Origin: a virus
Taxonomy: Duplodnaviria > Heunggongvirae > Uroviricota > Caudoviricetes
Strand: one strand, 5' to 3'
IMG/VR virus record: IMGVR_UViG_2744054909_000002
Location: 1 to 40,201 of that record
DNA: 40,201 nt
The position numbers and the translations under genes are program-made. The number at the start of each line of letters is the position of its first letter. Positions within the stretch are counted from its first letter, which is position 1. This document shows positions 1-8,426 of the stretch, piece by piece. The notes below the pieces were generated by a model that searched no databases, was not told the DNA's origin, and was given only the letters and a program-made list of their open reading frames with translations.

Positions 1-549
1 TCAGCTAGCTGGAAACTTTTTATACAGAGTTGAGAGCCCTACTCCATACGTTTTTGATACGCTTTGTCGTGATTCACCGGTTGCCATCCGCTCCCCCATT
101 TCCCGCCATTGCTCATTCGTGAACTTAGGCCTGCGACCACCAACTCGCCCTTTTGCCCTGGCTACGGCCAGCCCTGCTAAGGTACGTTCGCTATTAAGAT
201 CAGATTCATATTGTGCTGCGGAAAGGATGTTACGAAAGTTATAGCGGCCGCTGGCTGTTTTGAGATCCACGCCATCGGTAATACTGCGGAAGTTGATACC
301 CTTTTCCTGTAACTGCTGGAACATCAACAGCGCATGCAGAACGTTGCGGCCTATCCTGTCCAGCTTCCAGACCACCAGTTCATCCCCCGGCTGCATAGTG
401 GCGATCAGCCGTTTTAGAACCGGCCGATTCGATTTCCTCCCGCTGGCATGCTCTTCAAAAATTTTCTCACAACCCGCTGACTTGAGCGCCGTTAGTTGCA
501 ATTCAGTATCCTGGTGGTTTGTTGATACTCGGGCATAACCGTAAATCAT
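1..549 (-). CDS. Site-specific DNA invertase, serine recombinase of the Gin/Hin/Pin/Cin family
   Basis: Protein starts MIYGYARVSTNHQDTELQ with catalytic Ser motif, close match over its length to Mu Gin as recalled, C-terminal HTH; track ORF 1..789 is an upstream extension, true ATG at 549..547. Confidence 0.93.
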   Translation of the reverse strand: MIYGYARVSTNHQDTELQLTALKSAGCEKIFEEHASGRKSNRPVLKRLIATMQPGDELVVWKLDRIGRNVLHALLMFQQLQEKGINFRSITDGVDLKTASGRYNFRNILSAAQYESDLNSERTLAGLAVARAKGRVGGRRPKFTNEQWREMGERMATGESRQSVSKTYGVGLSTLYKKFPAS

Positions 550-608
550 GGGATTTCTCCTGTTATGAAAACAGGAGAAACGGCGAAGCATCACCAGATT
601 TTTGATGG

Positions 609-634
609 TTATAAAAAAGGTTGGTTTGGGGGAA
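609..634. other. Left inversion crossover site (hix/gix-like, 26 bp): ttataaaaaagg-tt-ggtttgggggaa
   Basis: 12-2-12 architecture; inner half is an 11/12 inverted copy of the inner half of the site at 2415-2440; lies at the start of the promoterless alternate fibre C-terminus. Confidence 0.6.
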
Positions 635-970
635 TTGGCTCTGGCTGGCGCAACAACCGGCGCTATGTTGGTGAATGGGTATGTAGCAATTCCATTAATT
701 ATTTCTGGCGTTCGGAGACCACTTATTATCCAGTGGGGAGTGGGGCAGTTTGGGGGAAGTCTGGGGGATGATGCGGGATATTTAAACAATTTCCCTTTCG
801 CTTTTCCGTCGGCGTGCTACGTGATGGTTGCCAGCCACGTGGGGCATACACCTTCGGGTGCCGGAATACTATCTGCTTCCGCAATCACAAAAAGCGGCTT
901 TCGTGGTTTTTCCAGCGTAGCGACTGCCGCAAATCCTGTATCGGGCTGTTATGTTGCTATAGGAGGGTGA
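623..970 (+). CDS. Alternate tail-fibre C-terminal cassette (Sv'-like), promoterless in this orientation
   Basis: Reading frame begins at the crossover site with GLGELALAG, mirroring GLGEGAPA at the other site in the expressed fibre; stop TGA overlaps the SD/GTG of the next gene. Confidence 0.6.
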   Translation, partial: GLGELALAGATTGAMLVNGYVAIPLIISGVRRPLIIQWGVGQFGGSLGDDAGYLNNFPFAFPSACYVMVASHVGHTPSGAGILSASAITKSGFRGFSSVATAANPVSGCYVAIGG

Positions 971-971
971 T

Positions 972-1406
972 GTGTTTTTTAGTCCATCTTTAAATATTTT
1001 TGTGAATCCTGCGCTTAAGGATGACTACATCAATGTAAATTCATGGCCAGATGATGCTGTTGAAGTTGATGAGCAGGTGTATATTGAGTTTTCCGGATTA
1101 CCGCCGAAAGGAAAAATCCGTATCGCTGGGGAAAATGGTTTTCCTGCATGGTCTGAAATTCCACCACCAACGCATGAGGAACAGATTGCCGCAGCCGAAT
1201 TGAAAAAACAGCAATTGATTAATCAGTCCAACGAATATATGAATACCAAGCAATGGCCTGGTAAAGCGGCTATTGGTCGTCTGAAAGGTGAGGAACTGGC
1301 GCAATATAATTTGTGGCTGGATTATCTGGACGCACTGGAACTGGTTGATACCTCCAGTGCTCCAGATATTGAATGGCCTACGCCTCCGGCAGTTCAGGCC
1401 AGATGA
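972..1406 (+). CDS. Tail fibre assembly protein (U'-like chaperone)
   Basis: GTG start after AGGAGGG; C-terminus LWLDYLDALELVDTSSAPDIEWPTPP typical of Tfa chaperones; convergent with second Tfa gene. Confidence 0.75.
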   Translation: MFFSPSLNIFVNPALKDDYINVNSWPDDAVEVDEQVYIEFSGLPPKGKIRIAGENGFPAWSEIPPPTHEEQIAAAELKKQQLINQSNEYMNTKQWPGKAAIGRLKGEELAQYNLWLDYLDALELVDTSSAPDIEWPTPPAVQAR

Positions 1407-1971
1407 CATCCGGCGCGGTGCTCGTATCTGTTGCCGTCACCGCGTCAATGTAATCAAGCACGGCGTTAAGCCGGGTGGTTTCTGCCTGCGTCAGCTTCCG
1501 CCCGGCCTGTAATTTCAGCTGAATCAGACTGATGGAAGCCATTGCAGCATCAATCAGTGACTGGCGCTGTGCTTCTGCCGCTTCTACTGCGGCACCGTGT
1601 TGTGCCTCAGTATCTGTCACCCATTTCTCACCATCCCATTTATCATATGGCGTTAACGGTGAAAGCGTGACATAACCGTTTTTGATGGCACCGATATAAT
1701 CCACTGTAACAGCAGCACCATTTTCGATTGAGTAAACAGTCTCATTGCGATGGTCTTCTTCATGGCTCCATCCCTTACCTGTAAATACTGCCACTCTTCC
1801 CGGAATGTTTTCGCCAGGGTCAATACCAGTGGAACAGGCGGGCATACTTACGCCAGTATTAATATATTCATCAGACCAGCCCGTATACTCAGATGTTTCA
1901 GCATCATAATAAAAACAACGCATATCGCCCGGCACTGTAGCCAGCCCATTTTCATCAAAAACAGGTTTCAT
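1378..1971 (-). CDS. Tail fibre assembly protein (U-like chaperone)
   Basis: C-terminus AVLDYIDAVTATDTSTAPDVIWPELP; start overlaps fibre stop (TAATG). Confidence 0.78.
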   Translation of the reverse strand: MKPVFDENGLATVPGDMRCFYYDAETSEYTGWSDEYINTGVSMPACSTGIDPGENIPGRVAVFTGKGWSHEEDHRNETVYSIENGAAVTVDYIGAIKNGYVTLSPLTPYDKWDGEKWVTDTEAQHGAAVEAAEAQRQSLIDAAMASISLIQLKLQAGRKLTQAETTRLNAVLDYIDAVTATDTSTAPDVIWPELPEA

Positions 1972-2822
1972 TATTTAGCCCTCACCAGAAAGTTAAATGC
2001 AATATTTCGCGGTCTGACAGCAACAAAATTCACACCATCACCCACAGAGTTACTGGTGAAATTAAATCGTGAAAATCCTGGCTGATTTCCGGCGATGCCA
2101 TCATGAAAGTTAATTGCGTGTCCCGCACCTCCGCCTATATTCCCGGCAAACTGAGAAAAGTTTGTAGCTTCCTGCCAGCTTAATAATTCGCGACCACCAT
2201 CGGCACCTCGCCCGTCATCCCAGATACGAATGAAATCACCGCGGGCTTCAGGTAATACCAGTGAAGGAAACACTTTCGCCAGCACAGGGTAATCAGAGGC
2301 AGAAAATTTCGCCCCGTTGAACTTCAAAAACACCATACTGGACCAGCTGTCGATTACAGTATTTGGCATTGCAGCGGACGGCCAGAAGAACGGAACGCCA
2401 ATAGCTGGAGCACCTTCTCCCAAACCAAGGTTTGCGAGACCGTTTTTTGACGTTAATACAGGAGTCCATTTTGCTGATGGCGGCTGGCTACCAATATTTG
2501 CATTTTGTAAGGACTGATAAGATTCACCGTTATGTGTGCAGATCGAACCGATATGATATTCCTGTTCTGCATGCCACTCTGGAACCCCCATTTGGTGCTG
2601 ATACGCAATGAACTGACTCATTGCATACATTGCCGCATTGAAGTCCTCAAGCGAGGGGTGTTCGGAAGCGCCAACAATGCCCCATCCGCGAAGGAAAGAT
2701 GCCGTAATTTGCGAGGTCAGGTCATCCGCCTGATTTGTTCCACCAAACACGGTTCTTTCCATTCCCTGTGCATCAGAGGCAAAAGCCCGAACATCTCCCT
2801 GATATCGTACAATCTTAGACAT
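1971..2822 (-). CDS. Tail fibre protein: constant N-terminal part (2822..2441) plus currently expressed invertible C-terminal part
   Basis: Position after baseplate genes and before Tfa; crossover site falls in frame at ..NGLANLGLGEGAPA.. Confidence 0.78.
   Translation of the reverse strand: MSKIVRYQGDVRAFASDAQGMERTVFGGTNQADDLTSQITASFLRGWGIVGASEHPSLEDFNAAMYAMSQFIAYQHQMGVPEWHAEQEYHIGSICTHNGESYQSLQNANIGSQPPSAKWTPVLTSKNGLANLGLGEGAPAIGVPFFWPSAAMPNTVIDSWSSMVFLKFNGAKFSASDYPVLAKVFPSLVLPEARGDFIRIWDDGRGADGGRELLSWQEATNFSQFAGNIGGGAGHAINFHDGIAGNQPGFSRFNFTSNSVGDGVNFVAVRPRNIAFNFLVRAK
2415..2440. other. Right inversion crossover site (hix/gix-like, 26 bp): ttctcccaaacc-aa-ggtttgcgagac
   Basis: Near-perfect dyad AAACC-AA-GGTTT core as in hix/gix sites; inverted relative to site at 609-634. 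Confidence 0.65.
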
Positions 2823-3537
2823 GGATTTTCCTCGAAAAAAAACCGCCCTGGTAGGCGGTATTAAACTTGCTGGCGAATCCTCTGGCCGAAGGGTTTCGCG
2901 AGAAACCGAATGTCAGACCAGGAGTCACCTGATAAAAATAATCGTATCGAACGCCCGCAGGTTTCGGCAGCAGGCCAAGCTTCACAATCAGGCGTAACTC
3001 TTCAACTGATACCCGCGGCGAAACGTTCAAAGCAAGCGTCATGTCTTTTCTGTCGGTCACGTAAGCTTCGCCGTTGAAAGCCGTCTGTATAACATCCTGC
3101 AGGCTGACCCGATCGTCTGACGCTATCGTTGCACCTGCGGCGTTTCGCGCAATTTTGACCCGAAGGAACCTGCGATACTCATTGTCAGCCAGTTGATAGT
3201 CACCATATGCCGGCGAAAACTTGCTGTAGAAAGGTGCGCCGACATACGCCGCATTAGATTTACTGTCGAAGCCTGCGGTATTCAGATGTCCGTCAAACCC
3301 GAAAAATACACGGGCAATAACAGCAGGCACACTACGGTGAAGGCCGACTATCCGGCCAATGACATCAAGCCGGTATCCGGTAACCCGGTCGAGATCAAAG
3401 TTATCTGGGTTACGAATAAAATCGGCGATGATTTGCCAGTGCCTGAGCATGGCCTGTATCTCTGATCTTGCTTTTTTCTTTTCCCAATATTGTTTGATGA
3501 GCATTAGCGTGTAGCGGTTAATGATGTCGTCATTCAC
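2815..3537 (-). CDS. Tail/baseplate protein (P2 gpI / Mu gp48-like position)
   Basis: Gene order between J-like baseplate gene and tail fibre; overlapping stop/start with neighbours. Confidence 0.5.
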   Translation of the reverse strand: MNDDIINRYTLMLIKQYWEKKKARSEIQAMLRHWQIIADFIRNPDNFDLDRVTGYRLDVIGRIVGLHRSVPAVIARVFFGFDGHLNTAGFDSKSNAAYVGAPFYSKFSPAYGDYQLADNEYRRFLRVKIARNAAGATIASDDRVSLQDVIQTAFNGEAYVTDRKDMTLALNVSPRVSVEELRLIVKLGLLPKPAGVRYDYFYQVTPGLTFGFSRNPSARGFASKFNTAYQGGFFSRKIHV

Positions 3538-4715
3538 TGGACCACCTCGTTAACGTCTATATTTTCCACACTCAACGTGAACTTTCCCTGAAAGCCTGGC
3601 GATAACTCAGCATCGGTGTAATCTGCCCCATTACTGCTAATTTGCAGATTGGTCAGCACAAAATTTACCCGTCCTACCCCATACCCATTCTCATAAAATT
3701 CATTGGCATCCACAGACTCACCAATATGCATGGTGCGTGATGCAAGAGATTTTTTGAGAGTATCGATATCTATCGGTTCGCTTTGAATCTTCCGGCGGGC
3801 ATTAAGCCTGATATGAAGCGGCTTATAGATGGGCCGATCAAACTGAAGTTCATGGGCTATCAGAAATGAAGTGCCGTCAGGCCGAATCAGGGTCTCGGTA
3901 AAACGTCCGGTTATGCTGCCTTTCGTTCCCGTTCCACCGCCTTTCTGTTTAACCATCACCTCCACAATTTCTGAAATCGCTCCCCCCTCAACGACCAGCC
4001 ATATTGAATTGGCCGGGATACCCGTCGTCGGATTATCAATTTTTGTGTCGTTCTCTCCGATATTCAGATCAATTACACCTGTCAGTTGAGCAACTTTAGC
4101 GAAAACCGCCCCAGTGCTACCTGTTGCCGGGTTCTCAAGCGACCGGTTCCGGCGTTGCCTGAATTCTTCAGGCGTTTCCTCATCCCGACCGACCACAACC
4201 GCGGAATCAGAGATAATGCTCACAATCCCTGGTTCTGGTGTGAGTTGAGTGAAGGTGTCATTCACAAGCCCAGTAACTTTCCCAAAGTTTTGAGCAAAAA
4301 AGGTGGCTGTTGTGACGCCCGCCGGAACGGTCACGTCCTGTCGGATAGCCCAGACCTGATTTGCCTGGTCCCGTATCTTGTACCCGCTATAGAGAAGCAC
4401 CGGCCTGTCTGTTGTGACTTTAAGGTCACGCTGAGACCGGGAGCCGGGGCGAAGGAAAAGCCCGTGAAGTTTGGCGATAATCTGCTGCATATCACCAGTA
4501 TTAAAATCGGGGTCCATTTGGGAATAAAGCCATTGCAGCGCGGCTTCAATATCTGCCCGAGCCTGAGCTTCGATTGCCACGCGTTGACCGTCGGGAGATT
4601 CCTGGTCTAAATCGATATCCTGACCATAAATTCCCTTATATCCGTCGCTCAGTTCCTGAAATAACTCCCGGAGAGTGCTTGTCTCAAGGCCGTTGTCGCT
4701 AAACTGTAGTGCCAT
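3534..4715 (-). CDS. Baseplate J-like protein
   Basis: 393 aa, position and size as P2 gpJ / Mu gp47; translationally coupled to flanking baseplate genes. Confidence 0.55.
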   Translation of the reverse strand: MALQFSDNGLETSTLRELFQELSDGYKGIYGQDIDLDQESPDGQRVAIEAQARADIEAALQWLYSQMDPDFNTGDMQQIIAKLHGLFLRPGSRSQRDLKVTTDRPVLLYSGYKIRDQANQVWAIRQDVTVPAGVTTATFFAQNFGKVTGLVNDTFTQLTPEPGIVSIISDSAVVVGRDEETPEEFRQRRNRSLENPATGSTGAVFAKVAQLTGVIDLNIGENDTKIDNPTTGIPANSIWLVVEGGAISEIVEVMVKQKGGGTGTKGSITGRFTETLIRPDGTSFLIAHELQFDRPIYKPLHIRLNARRKIQSEPIDIDTLKKSLASRTMHIGESVDANEFYENGYGVGRVNFVLTNLQISSNGADYTDAELSPGFQGKFTLSVENIDVNEVVQ

Positions 4716-5079
4716 TCTTCAACGCTCCGTTGACCGGGAAGGTGATCGTCTGCTGGTCATAGACGGTCTCAATGCTGAGTTCGATTTTTTGTGACCGGGT
4801 GGCCTTATTGACCTCCATCGCCAGAGCGGTAATGCGCATAACCCCATCCGTCGCCAGCGTCACGCGCTCTATCTCCCGCAGAATCTCCTGCTCGGTGTTT
4901 TTCTCTGATAACAGGTAAAGCCAGTCGATGTTGTCATCCATGTGGAGAGGATTATCGTTTTTGAACGAGCGGATCCGGCATTTGGCTTTCTGCGCGATAG
5001 CAGCACCGCCAGTTATATAGTTTGCCTTCCCGCGCCCAAATCCCCAGTCGTCATTTTTATCAAGTGCTGAAACAATCAT
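4699..5079 (-). CDS. Baseplate wedge protein (gpW-like)
   Basis: 126 aa between V-like and J-like genes; size and order only. Confidence 0.45.
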   Translation of the reverse strand: MIVSALDKNDDWGFGRGKANYITGGAAIAQKAKCRIRSFKNDNPLHMDDNIDWLYLLSEKNTEQEILREIERVTLATDGVMRITALAMEVNKATRSQKIELSIETVYDQQTITFPVNGALKNGTTV

Positions 5080-5693
5080 GAGATCTCCGTGACAATACCG
5101 TTGGTAACTGTGATTGTTTTCCCGTCATCGCTTCGAAATGAACCAGACACCCCAGACTTACCGCCTGTCTTTACCTGGGAATATTGAAGTACATTCAGAA
5201 CATCGCATTCTTCCAGAGTCGTCTTACCATCTTTCTGGGTAATATTTCCTGTGAGGTTTAAATCACCCTCGTGGTCAGAATCCCCCTTCATCATCCTGTT
5301 CTTCTTAGGGATATTGATCGCGGTAGCCTGTGGGTTAACCCCACACAGAGCGAAGCCATCTGAATAATCGTGCATACGCATTTCAAGTGGTGAAACAAAG
5401 TCGCTACCCGCATACCAAGCGTCATAACAACGCTCAGAGATAAGGACGAGGCAATAGTCACCAGCCGCAATTGGTTCGGCGATATAACTATCACCGCCTT
5501 GCAAAATTACCGGGGGGACTTCAATGAACTCTGGGAGTTGCTTGCTGCTCCCTTTCACAACCCGATTGATAACGGGGACGCAACTGATTGTTTTGTCATT
5601 TACAGACGTTATTTTTGCGACAACAATGGTGTGAACATCGGCCAGAGCAAATTCAACACCCAGGCCGATAGTGTCGTGAAGTTCTTCGATCAT
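5076..5693 (-). CDS. Baseplate spike/assembly protein (gpV-like)
   Basis: 205 aa, position upstream of W/J-like genes; size and order only. Confidence 0.45.
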   Translation of the reverse strand: MIEELHDTIGLGVEFALADVHTIVVAKITSVNDKTISCVPVINRVVKGSSKQLPEFIEVPPVILQGGDSYIAEPIAAGDYCLVLISERCYDAWYAGSDFVSPLEMRMHDYSDGFALCGVNPQATAINIPKKNRMMKGDSDHEGDLNLTGNITQKDGKTTLEECDVLNVLQYSQVKTGGKSGVSGSFRSDDGKTITVTNGIVTEIS

Positions 5694-5808
5694 AAATTAA
5701 GCCCATAAAAAACCGCCAGAGTGGGTTCAATGGATGGCTAGATAAATACTCATACTAATCGCCGTAGAGCGAACCTGCGCCAGCGTTTAATACTAAGGAG
5801 AGTCACTC

Positions 5809-6342
5809 ATGGGATTCAAATTCAGACAGCGCATCAAAATTGCACCAGGCATTCATATAAACATAGGTAAAACAGGCATTACTAGCGCATCAATTGGTAA
5901 GGCTGGTGCTACCCTGAACGTTGGTAAAAAAGGGGTAAAGGCAACCGCAGGCATTCCCGGTACCGGTTTGTCTTACACGAGTGGAAACTTGCTCGCGGGT
6001 CAAAAGAACTCCACCGGTAAACACGCTGAGAACGTAGAGGAACAAGCACCTGAGCGGCTTGGTTTCTTTTCGGACTCAACGTTGTTAGAGGATGGTCAGG
6101 AAGATATTCAACCACCTCGCCCATTGGTCATGGTATTAACCCATAAGCAATTTAGAAAACTATCAACCGAGGAGAAAACGGCATTTAAAAATGCAGGTGG
6201 TAAGGTGAAGTTTTCAATAGGCGAGAAAATTTTTATTCTCACAGTCATTATTTTTGCTCTTGGCTGGCTTTCAGATCGTCACCCACCAGAAAAAACCAAT
6301 TCCAGCGTAACGCAAGAAGTAAAATCTTCAGTTAACAACTGA
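5809..6342 (+). CDS. DUF4236-like protein with C-terminal transmembrane anchor; accessory gene on opposite strand inside baseplate cluster
   Basis: N-terminus MGFKFRQRIKIAPGIHINIGKTGI..GIPGTGLSYTSG resembles DUF4236 as recalled; AAGGAG SD 8 nt before ATG; hydrophobic segment IFILTVIIFALGWL near C-terminus. Confidence 0.6.
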   Translation: MGFKFRQRIKIAPGIHINIGKTGITSASIGKAGATLNVGKKGVKATAGIPGTGLSYTSGNLLAGQKNSTGKHAENVEEQAPERLGFFSDSTLLEDGQEDIQPPRPLVMVLTHKQFRKLSTEEKTAFKNAGGKVKFSIGEKIFILTVIIFALGWLSDRHPPEKTNSSVTQEVKSSVNN

Positions 6343-7275
6343 GTAATTTCCGGCAGGCTGGCATACCACCTTCTGATACCAGGCTGCCCCGTTGTTCTGC
6401 CCGCTGGTTTCAATCTGGTATATCTTATAAACCCCGTTTAACGCGGGGTTCGTCACGCTTTCAACAGCGCAAAGCCCACCGATCACCAGCATAGGATTCA
6501 GTTTCGTATCGAATACGATCTGCCCTTTCGAGGATTTGGCTAAGGTACTCGAGTCAGTATCTTTTTTGCCTGCCGGATCCGTATCAGGCTCATTGGTCGG
6601 CTTTTTGGCCTTTTTCCCGCCGTCATCCTGCGCGCTAATCTTCGTAGCCTGAGGCGTATTTAGCAGGCCGCTACGCGCATTCACGACTGGAATGTTACCC
6701 GATGTAACCTCATTAGCCTTGAGGATGTGGACGCGCTCATCTTTGATGAAAAATGACTCGTCGGGCGCAAGGGTATCGGTAAGAATTTTACTGGAGCTAC
6801 CTACCAGAACCTTCGGCCTGATGAGTGCTTGTTGCTTCGTCACAGAGCCTTTTTTCGTGTTTGGCATATCCTGCAAGACAGAATCGACGACCTGATCTTT
6901 CCCGCGTACCGTGCGCGATGTGAAGGCGTTGATATAGTCGTGGCCACCGTCTTCACATTCCAGGCTGACGATGTGGATCGCCCCCTCACGCTTTACTGCT
7001 CCGCTTTTAACCGAACCCTGAAATACCTGGCGCAGCTTGCCGTCGTAACCAACCTCGAGTCGAACGGGGATATACTTCTCTTCATCTTCGGACTTGAGCA
7101 ATTGCAGACGCGTGGAAGGCTTTAGCCCGTTGATGGACACACTCAGCTTGCCGAGTGACTTCTTGTCCACAGTTTCCAGCGCCTTGAATGACACGGTGAT
7201 CGGTGGCTCGATAATCACTGCTTGATTGCCGATCCCCACCGTCAGCCGATAATCACGGTAAAAAGTATCCATCAC
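6328..7275 (-). CDS. Tail/baseplate hub protein (Mu gp44 / gpD-like position)
   Basis: 315 aa, order after tape measure and small tail genes; size and order only. Confidence 0.45.
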   Translation of the reverse strand: MMDTFYRDYRLTVGIGNQAVIIEPPITVSFKALETVDKKSLGKLSVSINGLKPSTRLQLLKSEDEEKYIPVRLEVGYDGKLRQVFQGSVKSGAVKREGAIHIVSLECEDGGHDYINAFTSRTVRGKDQVVDSVLQDMPNTKKGSVTKQQALIRPKVLVGSSSKILTDTLAPDESFFIKDERVHILKANEVTSGNIPVVNARSGLLNTPQATKISAQDDGGKKAKKPTNEPDTDPAGKKDTDSSTLAKSSKGQIVFDTKLNPMLVIGGLCAVESVTNPALNGVYKIYQIETSGQNNGAAWYQKVVCQPAGNYSVVN

Positions 7276-7607
7276 GGCACGTCTCCCCCGCGAATATCAA
7301 TCATCTCTTCCGGCGTGACCAGATACATTTCGATGCGACCACTGGCGAAGTCGTCAGCCCGATATGGGTCAATGCCGGAATTGTCAGCGCAAAGTAACAC
7401 AACGTCGAAAGGCCAGTTCTTGTGCCGAAAATGTAGCGTCCCGAGGGACAGCTTCACGCCGTCGATGTAATCACCGTTGTACTCCACGCGCATTTTCCAC
7501 ATTTCAACCGTAGGCAGATAACGAATAGTGACCACAGCCTCACCACGGTCAAAAATCAGAACATGCCGCTGGATAGGTTCGTCAGTGATGTTGGTTATCG
7601 GATCCAT
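7272..7607 (-). CDS. Tail protein, function unknown
   Basis: 111 aa ORF translationally coupled within tail operon. Confidence 0.4.
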   Translation of the reverse strand: MDPITNITDEPIQRHVLIFDRGEAVVTIRYLPTVEMWKMRVEYNGDYIDGVKLSLGTLHFRHKNWPFDVVLLCADNSGIDPYRADDFASGRIEMYLVTPEEMIDIRGGDVP

Positions 7608-7619
7608 ACGTTGCTCTCA

Positions 7620-8426
7620 TTAGAATAAAGATTTCGCCGCCCCTTTTAACGAGGTCATGACTGATTTTGACTGGCTGGTCCCGTTACTTTTTTTAGAATT
7701 ATCAGCGGGCGTCTGCGCCCCCTTATTAGCAACGCCCGCCGTTTTTGATTTAGCAGCTGCCGAGGGGGATTTGAAGTGCTGCTCAATCGGTGCGGTAGTC
7801 AGTTGCGTGAAGGTGATTTTTGTAAAACTGGCTTCAAACTTAGTTTCCATCGTTTGATTGTCGGTACTGATGGTCAGGCCGCTTAACGCCATATTTTCAT
7901 GGGTGCGATAATCCACCTCCACGGAAATAAGCTGCTTGCCGTAGTACACCCCCTCAATGAAGTCGAGAAATTGCTCGCGTATACCTTTAGCGCCACCAGT
8001 AGACAGGTTGCCCACCAGCCCAAACAGGTCGGCTCCTTTATCAGCCAGGCGTTTTGCCTTTAAGATGGCCTGCTCTGCGCGGTCGGCAATCTCATTCATT
8101 TTTTGCAACTGCTGCTGCGTCTTTGCGGGGATGTACTCCAGCACCTCACCATACTTCGAATAATCTGGCATCAGGCTAAAAGAAGAGTTTGGTTTCGCAT
8201 CGACAAAAATATCGGCAACAACACCGCTGATTTTTATCGTCAGCGGGCCATTGATAATATCGTCAGACGCGTTACTACCGTCCTCCAGCACGTCTACCGG
8301 AACTTGAGATGGGTATTCAGTAGCGTCGCTAACTCGCGCAAACATTGAGAACCCGCCGATCCCTACCTTTTTAACAGTATCTTTGCCCGAGGATTGCGCC
8401 TGCATGAGGCCGTCTAGAATCCCCAT
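7620..8426 (-). CDS. Tail protein (possibly DNA-circulation-like)
   Basis: 268 aa immediately downstream of tape measure gene; order only. Confidence 0.4.
   Translation of the reverse strand: MGILDGLMQAQSSGKDTVKKVGIGGFSMFARVSDATEYPSQVPVDVLEDGSNASDDIINGPLTIKISGVVADIFVDAKPNSSFSLMPDYSKYGEVLEYIPAKTQQQLQKMNEIADRAEQAILKAKRLADKGADLFGLVGNLSTGGAKGIREQFLDFIEGVYYGKQLISVEVDYRTHENMALSGLTISTDNQTMETKFEASFTKITFTQLTTAPIEQHFKSPSAAAKSKTAGVANKGAQTPADNSKKSNGTSQSKSVMTSLKGAAKSLF

Larger units (their letters stand above)
621..2428. other. Invertible tail-fibre host-range segment (G/C-segment-like, about 1.8 kb)
   Basis: Bounded by inverted crossover sites; contains two convergent tail-fibre assembly genes and two alternative fibre C-terminal coding segments; invertase gene immediately outside. 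Confidence 0.65.

Noticed and set aside
550-789. Upstream extension of the invertase ORF (track ORF 1..789, 80 extra codons)
   Set aside because: Serine invertases begin at the conserved MIYGYARVST motif; the extension has no start-codon support and odd composition.
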